A stretch of 64,000 bases of DNA from an uncultured Bacteroidota bacterium (GTDB taxonomy: Bacteria; Bacteroidota; Bacteroidia; Chitinophagales; Chitinophagaceae), in assembly GCA_963811645.1 (NCBI GenBank), contig CAWERU010000002.1:1358265-1422264 (forward strand), read 5' to 3'. Of the stretch, positions 39,089 to 48,696 are shown piece by piece. The notes below the pieces were generated by a model. That model saw only the letters and a list, made by a program, of their open reading frames with translations. It ran no database searches and had not been told where the DNA came from. Made by a program: the position numbers and the translations under genes. The first letter of the stretch is position 1. Each line of letters opens with the position of its first letter.

Positions 39089-40011
39089 TGCCTAAAGGCA
39101 GGATGATACTTTTCAAGTGTCTTCCTTAGAAACTCACGATCAAGATGAGTGTAGATCTCTGTTGTGGTGATACTTTCATGTCCAAGCATTTCTTGTACAG
39201 CCCGCAAATCGGCCCCACCTTCTACCAGGTGAGTTGCGAAAGAATGACGAAAGGTGTGAGGTGAAATATTTTTCTTAATACCGGCTTTTTTCACAAGATC
39301 TTTTATAATTAAAAAAATCATTACCCTTGACAATCTGCTTCCACGGTTGTTTAAAAAAAGAATATCCTCGTTTCCCTGTGTGGGAGATAAATGGACTCTT
39401 ATTTTATTTTTATAAATATTGATATACTTTATCGCACTTCTGCCAACGGGGACTAATCTTTCTTTATCACCTTTTCCAATAACACGGATAAAACCTACAT
39501 CAAGATGCAGATGAGATATTTTCAAATTTACTGTCTCACTTACTCTCAATCCGCAACTATACATCGCTTCAAGAATAGCTTTATTTCTCCCCCCTTCGGG
39601 TATGCTAAGATCAATTTGTGAAATTATATTTTCTATTTCTTCAAAGCTTAATACATCCGGCAAGGTTCTTTTCAATTTTGGAGTTTCCAGCAGCAGAGCC
39701 GGATCTTTTGTAACTATATTTTCAAGCAGACAATATTTGTAAAATGCCCGGATGCCTGAAATGATTCTTGCCTGCGAAGCAGGCGTCATTCCTAATTCAG
39801 TGATCCATTTTAAAAATTTTTCAAGGTCTTTTAATTCGACTTCAGAAGGTGTCTTTAATTTTTTTTTTTGTTGAAAATATTCGGTCAGTTTTTCAATATC
39901 ATGCAGGTAAGCCTCAACTGAATTACCGGATAGGGATTTTTCCAGTTGCAAATAGGCTTTAAATCCTTTTTTGTAAGGCTCCCACATGTTTGAATAAATT
40001 TCAAATTGCAA
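39085..40011 (-). CDS. xerD: site-specific tyrosine recombinase XerD
   Basis: 308 aa with the catalytic R..HxxR..Y region (HTFRHSFATHLVEGGADLRAVQEMLGHESITTTEIYTHL). Its size and N-terminal core-binding domain match chromosomal XerD rather than a phage integrase. Confidence 0.8.
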   Translation of the reverse strand: MQFEIYSNMWEPYKKGFKAYLQLEKSLSGNSVEAYLHDIEKLTEYFQQKKKLKTPSEVELKDLEKFLKWITELGMTPASQARIISGIRAFYKYCLLENIVTKDPALLLETPKLKRTLPDVLSFEEIENIISQIDLSIPEGGRNKAILEAMYSCGLRVSETVNLKISHLHLDVGFIRVIGKGDKERLVPVGRSAIKYINIYKNKIRVHLSPTQGNEDILFLNNRGSRLSRVMIFLIIKDLVKKAGIKKNISPHTFRHSFATHLVEGGADLRAVQEMLGHESITTTEIYTHLDREFLRKTLEKYHPAFRH

Positions 40012-40110
40012 AAAACAAGTTCAAATAAAATTCAATATTTAAAATTAAAATAGCAGCCCATTTTTTGCTTTTAATATATTTGGATTCTAAGGTTTGGTCC
40101 TTAATAATTT

Positions 40111-40749
40111 TTACTGGGGTGTAATATCCTTCTCAAGCGTTTTCCATTCACCGTCAATTTTCACTTTAGCCCAAATCCTGTTGCGGGTTATATTCACTGA
40201 ATCCAATGTTTCATGAATGGCATCAAAATCAAAATCCAGCGGTTGACCAAAAGTCATAAGTGCTTCTTTACCTGTAGGGATATCTTCAACAAAAAGATTT
40301 CCCTTGTCTGTATAAGCCAGTAGACTATCCGCTACAGAAAATTTCGGATCAAAATTATTTATAGCACCTGTCGATTTTTTATAACTGGCTTTTTTCCCGA
40401 AAGAAAACTTCATAAAATATCCCCGCCCATTTTCGCATGTATTAAACACAAGCAGTGCAAATGCAGTATCCTTAAAATAACATCTTGTATAATCTTTATT
40501 TAACCTGTAGTTGAATTCAATATTTTTGTTTTGCCCTGTATATCCCCACGTCAGCGTATCGCCGGTACAGTTTTTTACACTGATAAAAACATAAGGTTTC
40601 AGCTTGCTGCTGCTGTCAATAAAATTCAGACTGTCTTTCATACAAACAGTATCACAAAAAGAAGTTTTCCCCGAAGCAGAGTTTTTATTCTTACAAGCCA
40701 AAACTGTAAATAAAATGAGAAAAAAGATAATGATTGATTTTAATTGCAT
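40111..40749 (-). CDS. hypothetical lipoprotein
   Basis: 212 aa with a lipobox (FTVLACKNKNS). I recognise no family. Confidence 0.5.
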   Translation of the reverse strand: MQLKSIIIFFLILFTVLACKNKNSASGKTSFCDTVCMKDSLNFIDSSSKLKPYVFISVKNCTGDTLTWGYTGQNKNIEFNYRLNKDYTRCYFKDTAFALLVFNTCENGRGYFMKFSFGKKASYKKSTGAINNFDPKFSVADSLLAYTDKGNLFVEDIPTGKEALMTFGQPLDFDFDAIHETLDSVNITRNRIWAKVKIDGEWKTLEKDITPQ

Positions 40750-40855
40750 GTGAGTACTTTTTATTGTACCGCAAAAATAGACTTAATGATGAAAAATTGT
40801 AATGATATATTATTGTAATGATTATTTCTTTTATCTTCGATATTAACACAGGAAT

Positions 40856-41356
40856 ATGTCTATCGTCAATTTAAGATCATTTAAGCAAAGAGTCCGCCGC
40901 CGAAAAACAGCCTTCAGAAGATTTCTTAGCAGAATCGAAAAAAACCCTCCAAAAAAGCTTGATCAGTTAACCGCCACTGTTGAAAAAGAAGTTTGGAAAG
41001 AAGTAAACTGTCTTACCTGCGCCAACTGTTGCAAAACGATGACGCCTACCTACACAATGAAAGATATAAAGAGAATTTCATCTCATTTTGAGATGACGCT
41101 TAGTGAGTTTAAAGATAAGTGGCTTTATAAAGAACGTGGTACTGGGGATTGGATGAATCGAAATACTCCCTGCCAGTTTCTTGATCTTAAAACTAATATG
41201 TGCACTATTTATAAAATAAGGCCTGTTGATTGTGCAGGATTTCCTCATTTACCAAAAAAGAAGATGGTAGAGTATATGCATGTCCATAAGCAAAACCTGG
41301 AATATTGCCCTGCTACTTATCGAATGGTTGAAAAAATGATGGAGAAGCTTAAGTAA
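40856..41356 (+). CDS. YkgJ-family cysteine-cluster (UPF0153) protein
   Basis: 166 aa with the CxxCxxCC motif (CLTCANCCKTM) and downstream Cys residues characteristic of the family. Confidence 0.7.
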   Translation: MSIVNLRSFKQRVRRRKTAFRRFLSRIEKNPPKKLDQLTATVEKEVWKEVNCLTCANCCKTMTPTYTMKDIKRISSHFEMTLSEFKDKWLYKERGTGDWMNRNTPCQFLDLKTNMCTIYKIRPVDCAGFPHLPKKKMVEYMHVHKQNLEYCPATYRMVEKMMEKLK

Positions 41357-41405
41357 TGTGAAATATGAGTTATGATTGAAAGAAACTTTTCTTATTCTGT
41401 CTTCA

Positions 41406-41762
41406 TCATAAAAAGACATCTTCAATTAAAAAAAACTCTGTCTCCTTTTCAGGATTCATTGTTATAGAAAGTATATCAAACTGTACATGCCGGTATTGCT
41501 GATTTTGAAAAAGAAATTCATCTGCTGCTTTCTGCAGGTGTTTAAACTTTTTCTTCGTTACACTTTCTTCGGGGTACCTGACTTCGGATGTTTTTAATGC
41601 CTTTACTTCAATAATTCTGAGCAGGCCATTCTTTTTAGCAATAATGTCAATTTCATAATGCGAATGTCGCCAGTTACAATGCAGAATCTCATAATTATTT
41701 TCAATGAGGTAGCTTACTGCCATCTGCTCTGCTTCTTTGCCTAACTGGTTATGTGATGCCAT
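41406..41762 (-). CDS. YraN-family (UPF0102) predicted endonuclease
   Basis: 118 aa with the conserved GE..A...L...G...L..N.R....EIDII...G....VEVK core. Confidence 0.75.
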   Translation of the reverse strand: MASHNQLGKEAEQMAVSYLIENNYEILHCNWRHSHYEIDIIAKKNGLLRIIEVKALKTSEVRYPEESVTKKKFKHLQKAADEFLFQNQQYRHVQFDILSITMNPEKETEFFLIEDVFL

Positions 41763-41796
41763 ATATTATCTTTACTTTAAAATACAAAACTTAAGA

Positions 41797-43023
41797 ATGG
41801 CCAGTAATAAACCCGCAATCTATAAATTAAAAGGTGTTATCAGGAATTATGATTGGGGAGGAACAGAGTTTCTTTCAAAATTATTGTCAGTTCCAAATCC
41901 GGAACAAAAACCCATGGCCGAGTATTGGCTGGGTGCTCATGAAACTGATTCGTCAGTAGTTGTTACAAAGGATGGTGACATTCCATTAAATCAATTTATT
42001 GCCGGGGATAAAGAAAATATTTTAGGGAGAACCATCACAAAAAAATTTGATGGATTGCCTTTTCTTTTAAAAATTCTTGATGTAAAGGACATGCTTTCTA
42101 TCCAGGTGCACCCTTCCAAACACACAGCTGAAGTTGAGTTTGCAAGAGAAAACAAAGAAAGGATCTCTTTAAAAGCGACACACAGAAATTATAAAGATGA
42201 TAATCACAAACCAGAGTTGATGGTTGCTTTAAGTGATTTCTGGCTTTTGCATGGATTTAAACCGGTTGAAAAATTAAGAACCACCTTGCAATCAATTCCT
42301 GAATTGAGATCATTAATGAAAATTTTTGATGCAACCGGTTATGATCAATTGTATAAAACGGTAATGGAAATGCCTCAGCAAACTGTTAATGAAACCCTGC
42401 AACCAGTTCTTGATCGGATTATCCCACTGTATTATAAAAACGAATTGAAGAAAGATGACGAAAACTTTTGGGCCGCACGGGCAGCCATAACGTTTAACCA
42501 ATCACAAAAAATAGACAGAGGCATTTTCTCTATTTATTTTTTCAATCTTCTTCATTTAAAACCTAGTGAAGGGATTTTCCAGGATGCAGGGCTGCCACAT
42601 GCATATCTTGAGGGTCAGAATGTGGAGATAATGGCCAACTCCGATAATGTTTTGAGAGGTGGATTAACAACTAAGCATATTGATGTAAAAGAATTAATGA
42701 AAAACATAAAGTTTGAAGAAACGATACCCGATATTCTTTTTTCGGAAAAGACCGGGAAAGAAAAACTATATAAAACTGCCGCGCCTGATTTCAGATTAAG
42801 CCGCATATTATTAAAGAAAGATGATGATTTTTCATTTCATTCTGTGACAGGGGAAATTATATTGGCAATTAGTGGAAAAGTATTGATTAGTTCGGATATT
42901 GATCAGCTTGAAATACATAAAGGCGAAGCAGTTTTTATCATCAGTCATCAAAAAATTTTCCTGGAAGCGTTAGTGGATGCGGATTTGTACAGGGCATCAG
43001 TTCCTGTTCACAGCAGTGAATAA
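41797..43023 (+). CDS. manA: mannose-6-phosphate isomerase, class I
   Basis: N-terminus KLKGVIRNYDWGG and zinc-site region LPFLLKILDVKDMLSIQVHPSK are type-I PMI signatures. The ORF-track start at 41737 would overlap the divergent yraN gene, so ATG 41797 is preferred. Confidence 0.8.
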   Translation: MASNKPAIYKLKGVIRNYDWGGTEFLSKLLSVPNPEQKPMAEYWLGAHETDSSVVVTKDGDIPLNQFIAGDKENILGRTITKKFDGLPFLLKILDVKDMLSIQVHPSKHTAEVEFARENKERISLKATHRNYKDDNHKPELMVALSDFWLLHGFKPVEKLRTTLQSIPELRSLMKIFDATGYDQLYKTVMEMPQQTVNETLQPVLDRIIPLYYKNELKKDDENFWAARAAITFNQSQKIDRGIFSIYFFNLLHLKPSEGIFQDAGLPHAYLEGQNVEIMANSDNVLRGGLTTKHIDVKELMKNIKFEETIPDILFSEKTGKEKLYKTAAPDFRLSRILLKKDDDFSFHSVTGEIILAISGKVLISSDIDQLEIHKGEAVFIISHQKIFLEALVDADLYRASVPVHSSE

Positions 43024-43093
43024 AAGAACAAATAAATTTAGCTTCAATTTATTTACTTTTGTAATTCCTGAAAAAATTAATAATTGCTGAGTT

Positions 43094-43678
43094 ATGACAA
43101 ATAAAAAAACTACTATTCTCGTTTTCATTTTACTGATCGTAGCAGCAGCTCTGTATCGTGTATGGGACAACAGACCCCTGGGTTTTGCACCACAAATCGC
43201 TATGGCTTTGTTTGCAGGCTCTGTAATTAAGGATAAGAAATTTTCGTTTTTAGTACCTCTTTTTTCTATGCTTATTTCTGATCTTTTGTATCAGTTTTTA
43301 TATACACAGGGATTAACAGATATCAAAGGTTTTTATGAGGGTCAGCTGACTAATTATATCTTATTTACTGCAATTACTGTTATAGGTTTTTTTATTAAAA
43401 AGAATAAAATCGGTTCCATTATCATAGGATCTTTAGCCGGTGTGATTTTCTATTTTATGCTTTCTAATTTCTTAGTTTGGATTGGTGGAGGATTGGATAT
43501 AAATAATCAGCCCTATCCCAAAACAGTTAATGGGTTAATAAATTGTTTCACTCAGGGTTTGCCATTCTTACGGGGCAGTGTATTAGCAACTTTGATTTTT
43601 AACGGGATTTTCTTCAGATGCTATTGGTTATATAACCGTTATATCGTTAAATCTGCTGAAGTTTTAAATCTGAAATAG
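43094..43678 (+). CDS. hypothetical polytopic membrane protein
   Basis: 194 aa with about 5 predicted TM helices. I recognise no family with confidence. Confidence 0.5.
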   Translation: MTNKKTTILVFILLIVAAALYRVWDNRPLGFAPQIAMALFAGSVIKDKKFSFLVPLFSMLISDLLYQFLYTQGLTDIKGFYEGQLTNYILFTAITVIGFFIKKNKIGSIIIGSLAGVIFYFMLSNFLVWIGGGLDINNQPYPKTVNGLINCFTQGLPFLRGSVLATLIFNGIFFRCYWLYNRYIVKSAEVLNLK

Positions 43679-43679
43679 T

Positions 43680-44612
43680 TTAAGCATTTTGTAATTTTTG
43701 AAGACTTTCAATAACCCGATCATAAATTTCTTCCTGTGGTAATGGTTCAGGAATAAATTTAGATCCTATTACCTTTTCGTATAATTCTATATACCGTTGG
43801 GAAATAGAACTCACCCACTCATCACTCATTTCAGGAACTGTTTGTCCTTCCTTCCCCATAAAATTGTTTGCGATGAGCCATTCCCTCACAAATTCCTTAC
43901 TCAACTGTTTTTGCTTTTCTCCTTTTTGTTGTCTCTCTTCAAAGCCGTCTGCATAAAAATATCTTGATGAATCCGGGGTATGAATTTCGTCCATTAAATA
44001 AATACTGTCGTCAATTTCTCCAAATTCATATTTTGTGTCAACTAAGATCAAACCTCGCTTTGCTGCAATTTCTTTTCCTCTTTCAAATAACTTTAAAGCA
44101 TAACTCTCTATTATTTCCCATTCGTCTTCAGCAGCTATGTTTCTTTTAATGATTTCTTCTTTTGAAATATCTTCGTCATGTCCCTCCTCTGCTTTTGTGG
44201 ATGGAGTAATGATTGGCGATGAGAAATAATCATTTTCCCTGAGACCATCCGGCAAACTCACTCCGCATAATTCTCTTTTGCCGGAAGAGTAGGTTCTCCA
44301 GGCGTGTCCCGTTAAATTGCCCCGTACTACCATTTCAATTTTAAAAGGATTACATTTTTTGCCCACTGAAACATTTGGGGCTGGGACATCCATAAGCCAG
44401 TTCGGGCAAATATCTTTTGTAGCATTCAGCATGTAGGCTGCAATCTGATTTAGCACCTGCCCTTTGTACGGAATTAATTTAGGTAAAATGACATCGAAGG
44501 CAGAAATTCTGTCACTGGCTATCATTACCAACCATCGGCTGTCAATGGTATATACATCCCTTACCTTGCCCTGGTAGAACTTTGTCTGGTCGGGAAAAAT
44601 AAATGAACTCAT
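43680..44612 (-). CDS. purC: phosphoribosylaminoimidazole-succinocarboxamide synthase (SAICAR synthetase)
   Basis: 310 aa. N-terminus YQGKVRDVY...[13 protein letters not shown] and the overall length match long-form PurC. Confidence 0.9.
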   Translation of the reverse strand: MSSFIFPDQTKFYQGKVRDVYTIDSRWLVMIASDRISAFDVILPKLIPYKGQVLNQIAAYMLNATKDICPNWLMDVPAPNVSVGKKCNPFKIEMVVRGNLTGHAWRTYSSGKRELCGVSLPDGLRENDYFSSPIITPSTKAEEGHDEDISKEEIIKRNIAAEDEWEIIESYALKLFERGKEIAAKRGLILVDTKYEFGEIDDSIYLMDEIHTPDSSRYFYADGFEERQQKGEKQKQLSKEFVREWLIANNFMGKEGQTVPEMSDEWVSSISQRYIELYEKVIGSKFIPEPLPQEEIYDRVIESLQKLQNA

Positions 44613-44749
44613 AGTTCGAATATAGTAAACACTTCAGCAAAAAAGATTGAGATTTTACAACTCAACCTTTGCCTTACGCAAATTAAATTTTCATTTGAAA
44701 AAAGCAATGCTTATTTTTCGGATTGAATTACCTAACAAAAAACTTGTTT

Positions 44750-47617
44750 ATGAGAAAAAGCTACCGCTATTTTGCTGCTTGGCTTATAGCTGGGACCATC
44801 TCGATTGCCGCCATTGCACAAAATATTACAATTACAGGAACCGTTCACAACAATTCCACTAAAGAAACCTTACCTGCCGTCTCGGTTTTCGTAAAAGGAA
44901 CCAGTCAGGGCACTTACACTGATGATAATGGAAATTTTAAGATTACAGTAAGCCAGCTTCCTGTAACACTTATTTTTAGCTCTGTTGGTTATGAGGACAA
45001 AGAGATTTCAGCGACAACTGCTTCACCGGAAATGTCTGTTGATCTTACACCCACTTCCACATTGGGCCAGGAAGTGGTAGTTGCAGCTACAAGAACACCT
45101 CAGCGTATTTTAGAATCACCGGTTTCTATAGAGCGAATGAATAACCGGGATATTCGCAATGTAGCGGTCCCAAGTTATTATGATGCCATTGCAAACCTGA
45201 AAGGGGTTGATCTCACTACATCTAGCTTAACTTTTCGTACACCAAGCACCCGAGGTTTTAATGGTAGCGGCAACCTTCGGTTTAATCAATTGATAGATGG
45301 GATCGATAACCAGGCGCCCGGACTTAATTTTGCAGTAGGTAGTATTGTAGGACCTACTTCACTGGATGTGGATAATATGGAATTACTGCAGGGAGCCTCC
45401 TCTGCTTTATATGGTTCAGGGGGCATGAATGGAACTTTGTTAATTAACAGTAAAGATCCATTTAAGTACCAGGGATTTAGTTATGAGATAAAGCAGGGCA
45501 TTATGCATGTAGACGGGAAAGAAAGATCTATTTCTCCTTATTATGACTGGTCTTTTCGCTGGAGTAAAAAGGTAAGTGAAAGATTTGCATTTAAACTCAG
45601 TTCCCAATTAGTAAGTGCTAATGATTGGCAGGCTCAGGATCATAGAGACCTTGAAAGGAATAATGTTTTTAGCGGTCTAAAAGCAGGAGACAGGCAATTA
45701 GACCCTAACTACGACGGTGTAAATGTGTTTGGTGATGAAGTAAGTACAAGTATGTCCGCTTTTGCCCAGGCAGTAGAAGCACAGTTGCCTACCGGAGCAG
45801 TAGATTATATCAATTACCTTATCAGTTTAGGTCTTACCTATCCGCAAATTGGATCTACATTAGCCGGGGACCCCTCAACAGCCCCCCTGGTTCCGGCTTT
45901 GCCTTTTGTTTATGGAGTAAATAAAAACTATTTCGGTAATCAATATGTTAGCCGCACAGGATATGAAGAAAAATACCTGGTAGATTATCATACTTATGAT
46001 CTAAAATTGAATGCAGGTGTAAATTATAAGATCACCAACAATATTGAAGCTTCATTATTGGCTTATTGGGGCACTGGTACTACTGTATATACAGGTGCAG
46101 ACAGGTATGCGATCCAGAATTTGAAAATGGGACAATATAAAGCCGAGCTGAAAGGGAAAAATTGGTTTTTGAGAGGATATACTGTACAGGAAAATTCAGG
46201 CGATGCATATACTGCAACAACTGCCGCCATTTATATTGATCGTGCATGGAAGAGTGACCAGGCCTGGTTTCAAACTTACGTCGGAACCTATGCGAATCTG
46301 GTTGCAGCAGCTGGCTACACACCTATTCAGGCACACCAGACGGCAAGAGCCGCTGCAGATGCAGGCCGGTTTTTACCGGGAACCCCTCAGTTCAATACTG
46401 CTTTTCAGAATGCTAAGAATACGACCATTGGTAATGGAGGTGCGAAATTCTTTGACAGAACAGATATGTACCATTATGAAGGACAGCTAAACCTGACTCC
46501 ATATGTAAAGTTTGCTGAAGTATTAGTGGGTGCAAGTTTTCGCAGATTTCATCTTAATTCTCACGGGACAATATTTGCAGATACATCCGGTGCTATTCCA
46601 ATCAATGAATTTGGCTCTTATTTACAGTTACAGCGTTGGTTCATTAATGAGCATTTAAAACTTACAGTCTCCGGGCGATATGATAAAGATGAAAATTTTG
46701 ATGGACGATTTACTCCCCGTGCCACTGCTCTGATAAAAGTTGCAAAAGATAACAATTTCAGATTTTCATATCAGGAGGCTTATCGCTTTCCATCAACACA
46801 AGATCAATATATAAACCTTCTTACAGGAGGAGTTAATCGCCTGATTGGGATGGGGCAGTTCTTCCGATCCTATTTTCAATTTGATACCAAACCTGCAAAG
46901 ACAGCAGAAAGTGTAGTGGCTTACAGAAGTACTCTCAACCCGGCTGTATTGGTTAATGCATCTTATCCTGACCTGAAACCTGAGAAAATGAATTCTTACG
47001 AAATTGGTTATCGGGGATTATTTACAAAAAGATTTTTATTTGATGCCTATGTTTATTTCAGCAAATATGAGGACTTTATTGCCAGGGTAGCTGTTGGCAG
47101 AGGACAATCTGCAAGCTCTAATCCCGGTACTGAACTGCTTGAATTGGCAAGTCCGTTCACTACATCCAATTATTCCTTTGTAGTGAACTCATCTACCAGT
47201 GTAAAAGGTATTGGCTGGGGAATAAGTGGTGATTATGAATGTGGCTCTGGTTATCATCTTTCTGCAAATGTTTCGGGGGACCGGCTTCAAAATGTGCCGG
47301 CAGGATTGATCACATTTTTTAATACTCCAAAAGTCAGATATAATATCGGATTAAGTAACGATCACTTATCTAAACATGTTGGTTTTAATATACAATGGAG
47401 ATGGCAGGATGAATTATTATGGGAAGGAACATTTGGAACAGGAACTATTCCTGCTTATGGAACGCTTGATGCACAAATAAGCTGGAGAATTACAAATACA
47501 AAAGGTCAGTTTAAGATTGGAGCCTCAAACTTGTTGAATAAATATTATAAAAGTGCATTCGGAAACCCTGATGTTGGCGGATTATACTATATAAGCTACG
47601 GCTATAATTTAGAATAA
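44750..47617 (+). CDS. TonB-dependent outer-membrane receptor with N-terminal carboxypeptidase-regulatory-like domain
   Basis: About 955 aa. Signal peptide, CarboxypepD_reg-like segment (ITGTVHNNSTKETLPAVSVFVKGTSQGTYTDDNGNFKI), plug and barrel, and a C-terminal aromatic (YGYNLE). No SusD-like partner. Confidence 0.85.
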   Translation: MRKSYRYFAAWLIAGTISIAAIAQNITITGTVHNNSTKETLPAVSVFVKGTSQGTYTDDNGNFKITVSQLPVTLIFSSVGYEDKEISATTASPEMSVDLTPTSTLGQEVVVAATRTPQRILESPVSIERMNNRDIRNVAVPSYYDAIANLKGVDLTTSSLTFRTPSTRGFNGSGNLRFNQLIDGIDNQAPGLNFAVGSIVGPTSLDVDNMELLQGASSALYGSGGMNGTLLINSKDPFKYQGFSYEIKQGIMHVDGKERSISPYYDWSFRWSKKVSERFAFKLSSQLVSANDWQAQDHRDLERNNVFSGLKAGDRQLDPNYDGVNVFGDEVSTSMSAFAQAVEAQLPTGAVDYINYLISLGLTYPQIGSTLAGDPSTAPLVPALPFVYGVNKNYFGNQYVSRTGYEEKYLVDYHTYDLKLNAGVNYKITNNIEASLLAYWGTGTTVYTGADRYAIQNLKMGQYKAELKGKNWFLRGYTVQENSGDAYTATTAAIYIDRAWKSDQAWFQTYVGTYANLVAAAGYTPIQAHQTARAAADAGRFLPGTPQFNTAFQNAKNTTIGNGGAKFFDRTDMYHYEGQLNLTPYVKFAEVLVGASFRRFHLNSHGTIFADTSGAIPINEFGSYLQLQRWFINEHLKLTVSGRYDKDENFDGRFTPRATALIKVAKDNNFRFSYQEAYRFPSTQDQYINLLTGGVNRLIGMGQFFRSYFQFDTKPAKTAESVVAYRSTLNPAVLVNASYPDLKPEKMNSYEIGYRGLFTKRFLFDAYVYFSKYEDFIARVAVGRGQSASSNPGTELLELASPFTTSNYSFVVNSSTSVKGIGWGISGDYECGSGYHLSANVSGDRLQNVPAGLITFFNTPKVRYNIGLSNDHLSKHVGFNIQWRWQDELLWEGTFGTGTIPAYGTLDAQISWRITNTKGQFKIGASNLLNKYYKSAFGNPDVGGLYYISYGYNLE

Positions 47618-47641
47618 TAACAATAATTGTAATTACATTAT

Positions 47642-47676
47642 AATACGGGATAATTTTTATTCCGTATTTTTTTATG
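47642..47676 (+). terminator. putative rho-independent terminator
   Basis: AATACGG, a 13-nt loop, then CCGTATT followed by TTTTTT, lying 25 bp after the TonB-receptor stop. Confidence 0.4.
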
Positions 47677-47711
47677 TATGATAGTCCTCCTTTGATCCGG
47701 ATAAAATAGTT

Positions 47712-48626
47712 CTATTCAAGTTGTTTTGTTTTTTCACCCAATAAAACCCCGTTTTGATAAATCTGGAGAACATAAGTGCCGGGAAGAAAATTATCCGGCT
47801 GTATGGTGTAAATGATTTTTTTCTTTTCTCCTTTAGTGTATTCAAATGGTATTTCAGCAGTATAAGCCTTATTGCCTTCTGATTTTGAAACAAAATAATT
47901 TGAGCCCCAAACATCAGTTTGTAAAACTTTTTTGTCTGGTTGAGTTATTACTACATATACATCATAACTTGAGTTTTTAACGATATTATTTTGTAGTGCA
48001 AAAGAAAAAATTAGTTTATTCGCTTTTTTTGCCGATGTAGCCTCTATTTCTTTGCTGTCTGACCTTACAGTTACAATTGAAAAGCATATCTCAGAGGCAA
48101 CAAAGGTTGATGCCTCATTTACGGTTTCTGTAAGCTCTTTATTTTCTTTTGTGATCTTTTGAATATTTTCCTGCAGACCTTTCATTTGATCATTCAACTG
48201 TGTCATTACTCCATTCAGGCGTGTTCGTTCAGTTTCGAGATCATTATTCTGAGCTTTCAATTCTTCAATTTTTTCTTTGTATTCGCTGATCAGCTCTCTT
48301 GCTTTTTTTAAATCTGTTTTCGTGGCACTCCTGTTTTTGAGAATATTCGTTATTTGTATTTTAAGATCGTAAATCTTCAGCATGGTTGAATCCAAAGTTC
48401 CTTTCAGTGAATCTTCAATAATTTTTGTGGTATCCAGCTCGGCAGTTTTTTTATCAAACAATTTTTGCAGAGAATCTTTAACGGCTTCCTGGGTGGCCAG
48501 TGTATCTTTTACCAGCACTTCAAGCCGGTGCCTGCTATAATGTAATTTATCATACAGGTGATATACCCAAGTCGCCATTAAGGCTATAGACACTAAAAGA
48601 AGTAAAAGATTTTTGGAGTCCTTCAT
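47712..48626 (-). CDS. membrane-anchored coiled-coil protein (hypothetical)
   Basis: 304 aa. N-terminal TM (LLLLLVSIALMATWVYHLY), about 150 aa of heptad-like coiled coil (KEKIEELKAQNNDLETERTRLNGVMTQLNDQMKGLQENIQKITKENKELTE), and a C-terminal beta-rich domain. Confidence 0.5.
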   Translation of the reverse strand: MKDSKNLLLLLVSIALMATWVYHLYDKLHYSRHRLEVLVKDTLATQEAVKDSLQKLFDKKTAELDTTKIIEDSLKGTLDSTMLKIYDLKIQITNILKNRSATKTDLKKARELISEYKEKIEELKAQNNDLETERTRLNGVMTQLNDQMKGLQENIQKITKENKELTETVNEASTFVASEICFSIVTVRSDSKEIEATSAKKANKLIFSFALQNNIVKNSSYDVYVVITQPDKKVLQTDVWGSNYFVSKSEGNKAYTAEIPFEYTKGEKKKIIYTIQPDNFLPGTYVLQIYQNGVLLGEKTKQLE

Positions 48627-48696
48627 AAGGTGAAAGCAGGGCAGTTAAATATTGATCTTCATAAATAGTAAAGTGGACAAAATTCTTTTATTCATT

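Noticed and set aside
39085-40011. Tyrosine recombinase as a sign of an integrated mobile element
   Set aside because: Its size and domain layout match housekeeping XerD. The flanks carry an ordinary porin gene and a lipoprotein gene, with no att-like repeats, tRNA or phage/transposon genes, so I did not call it a mobile element.
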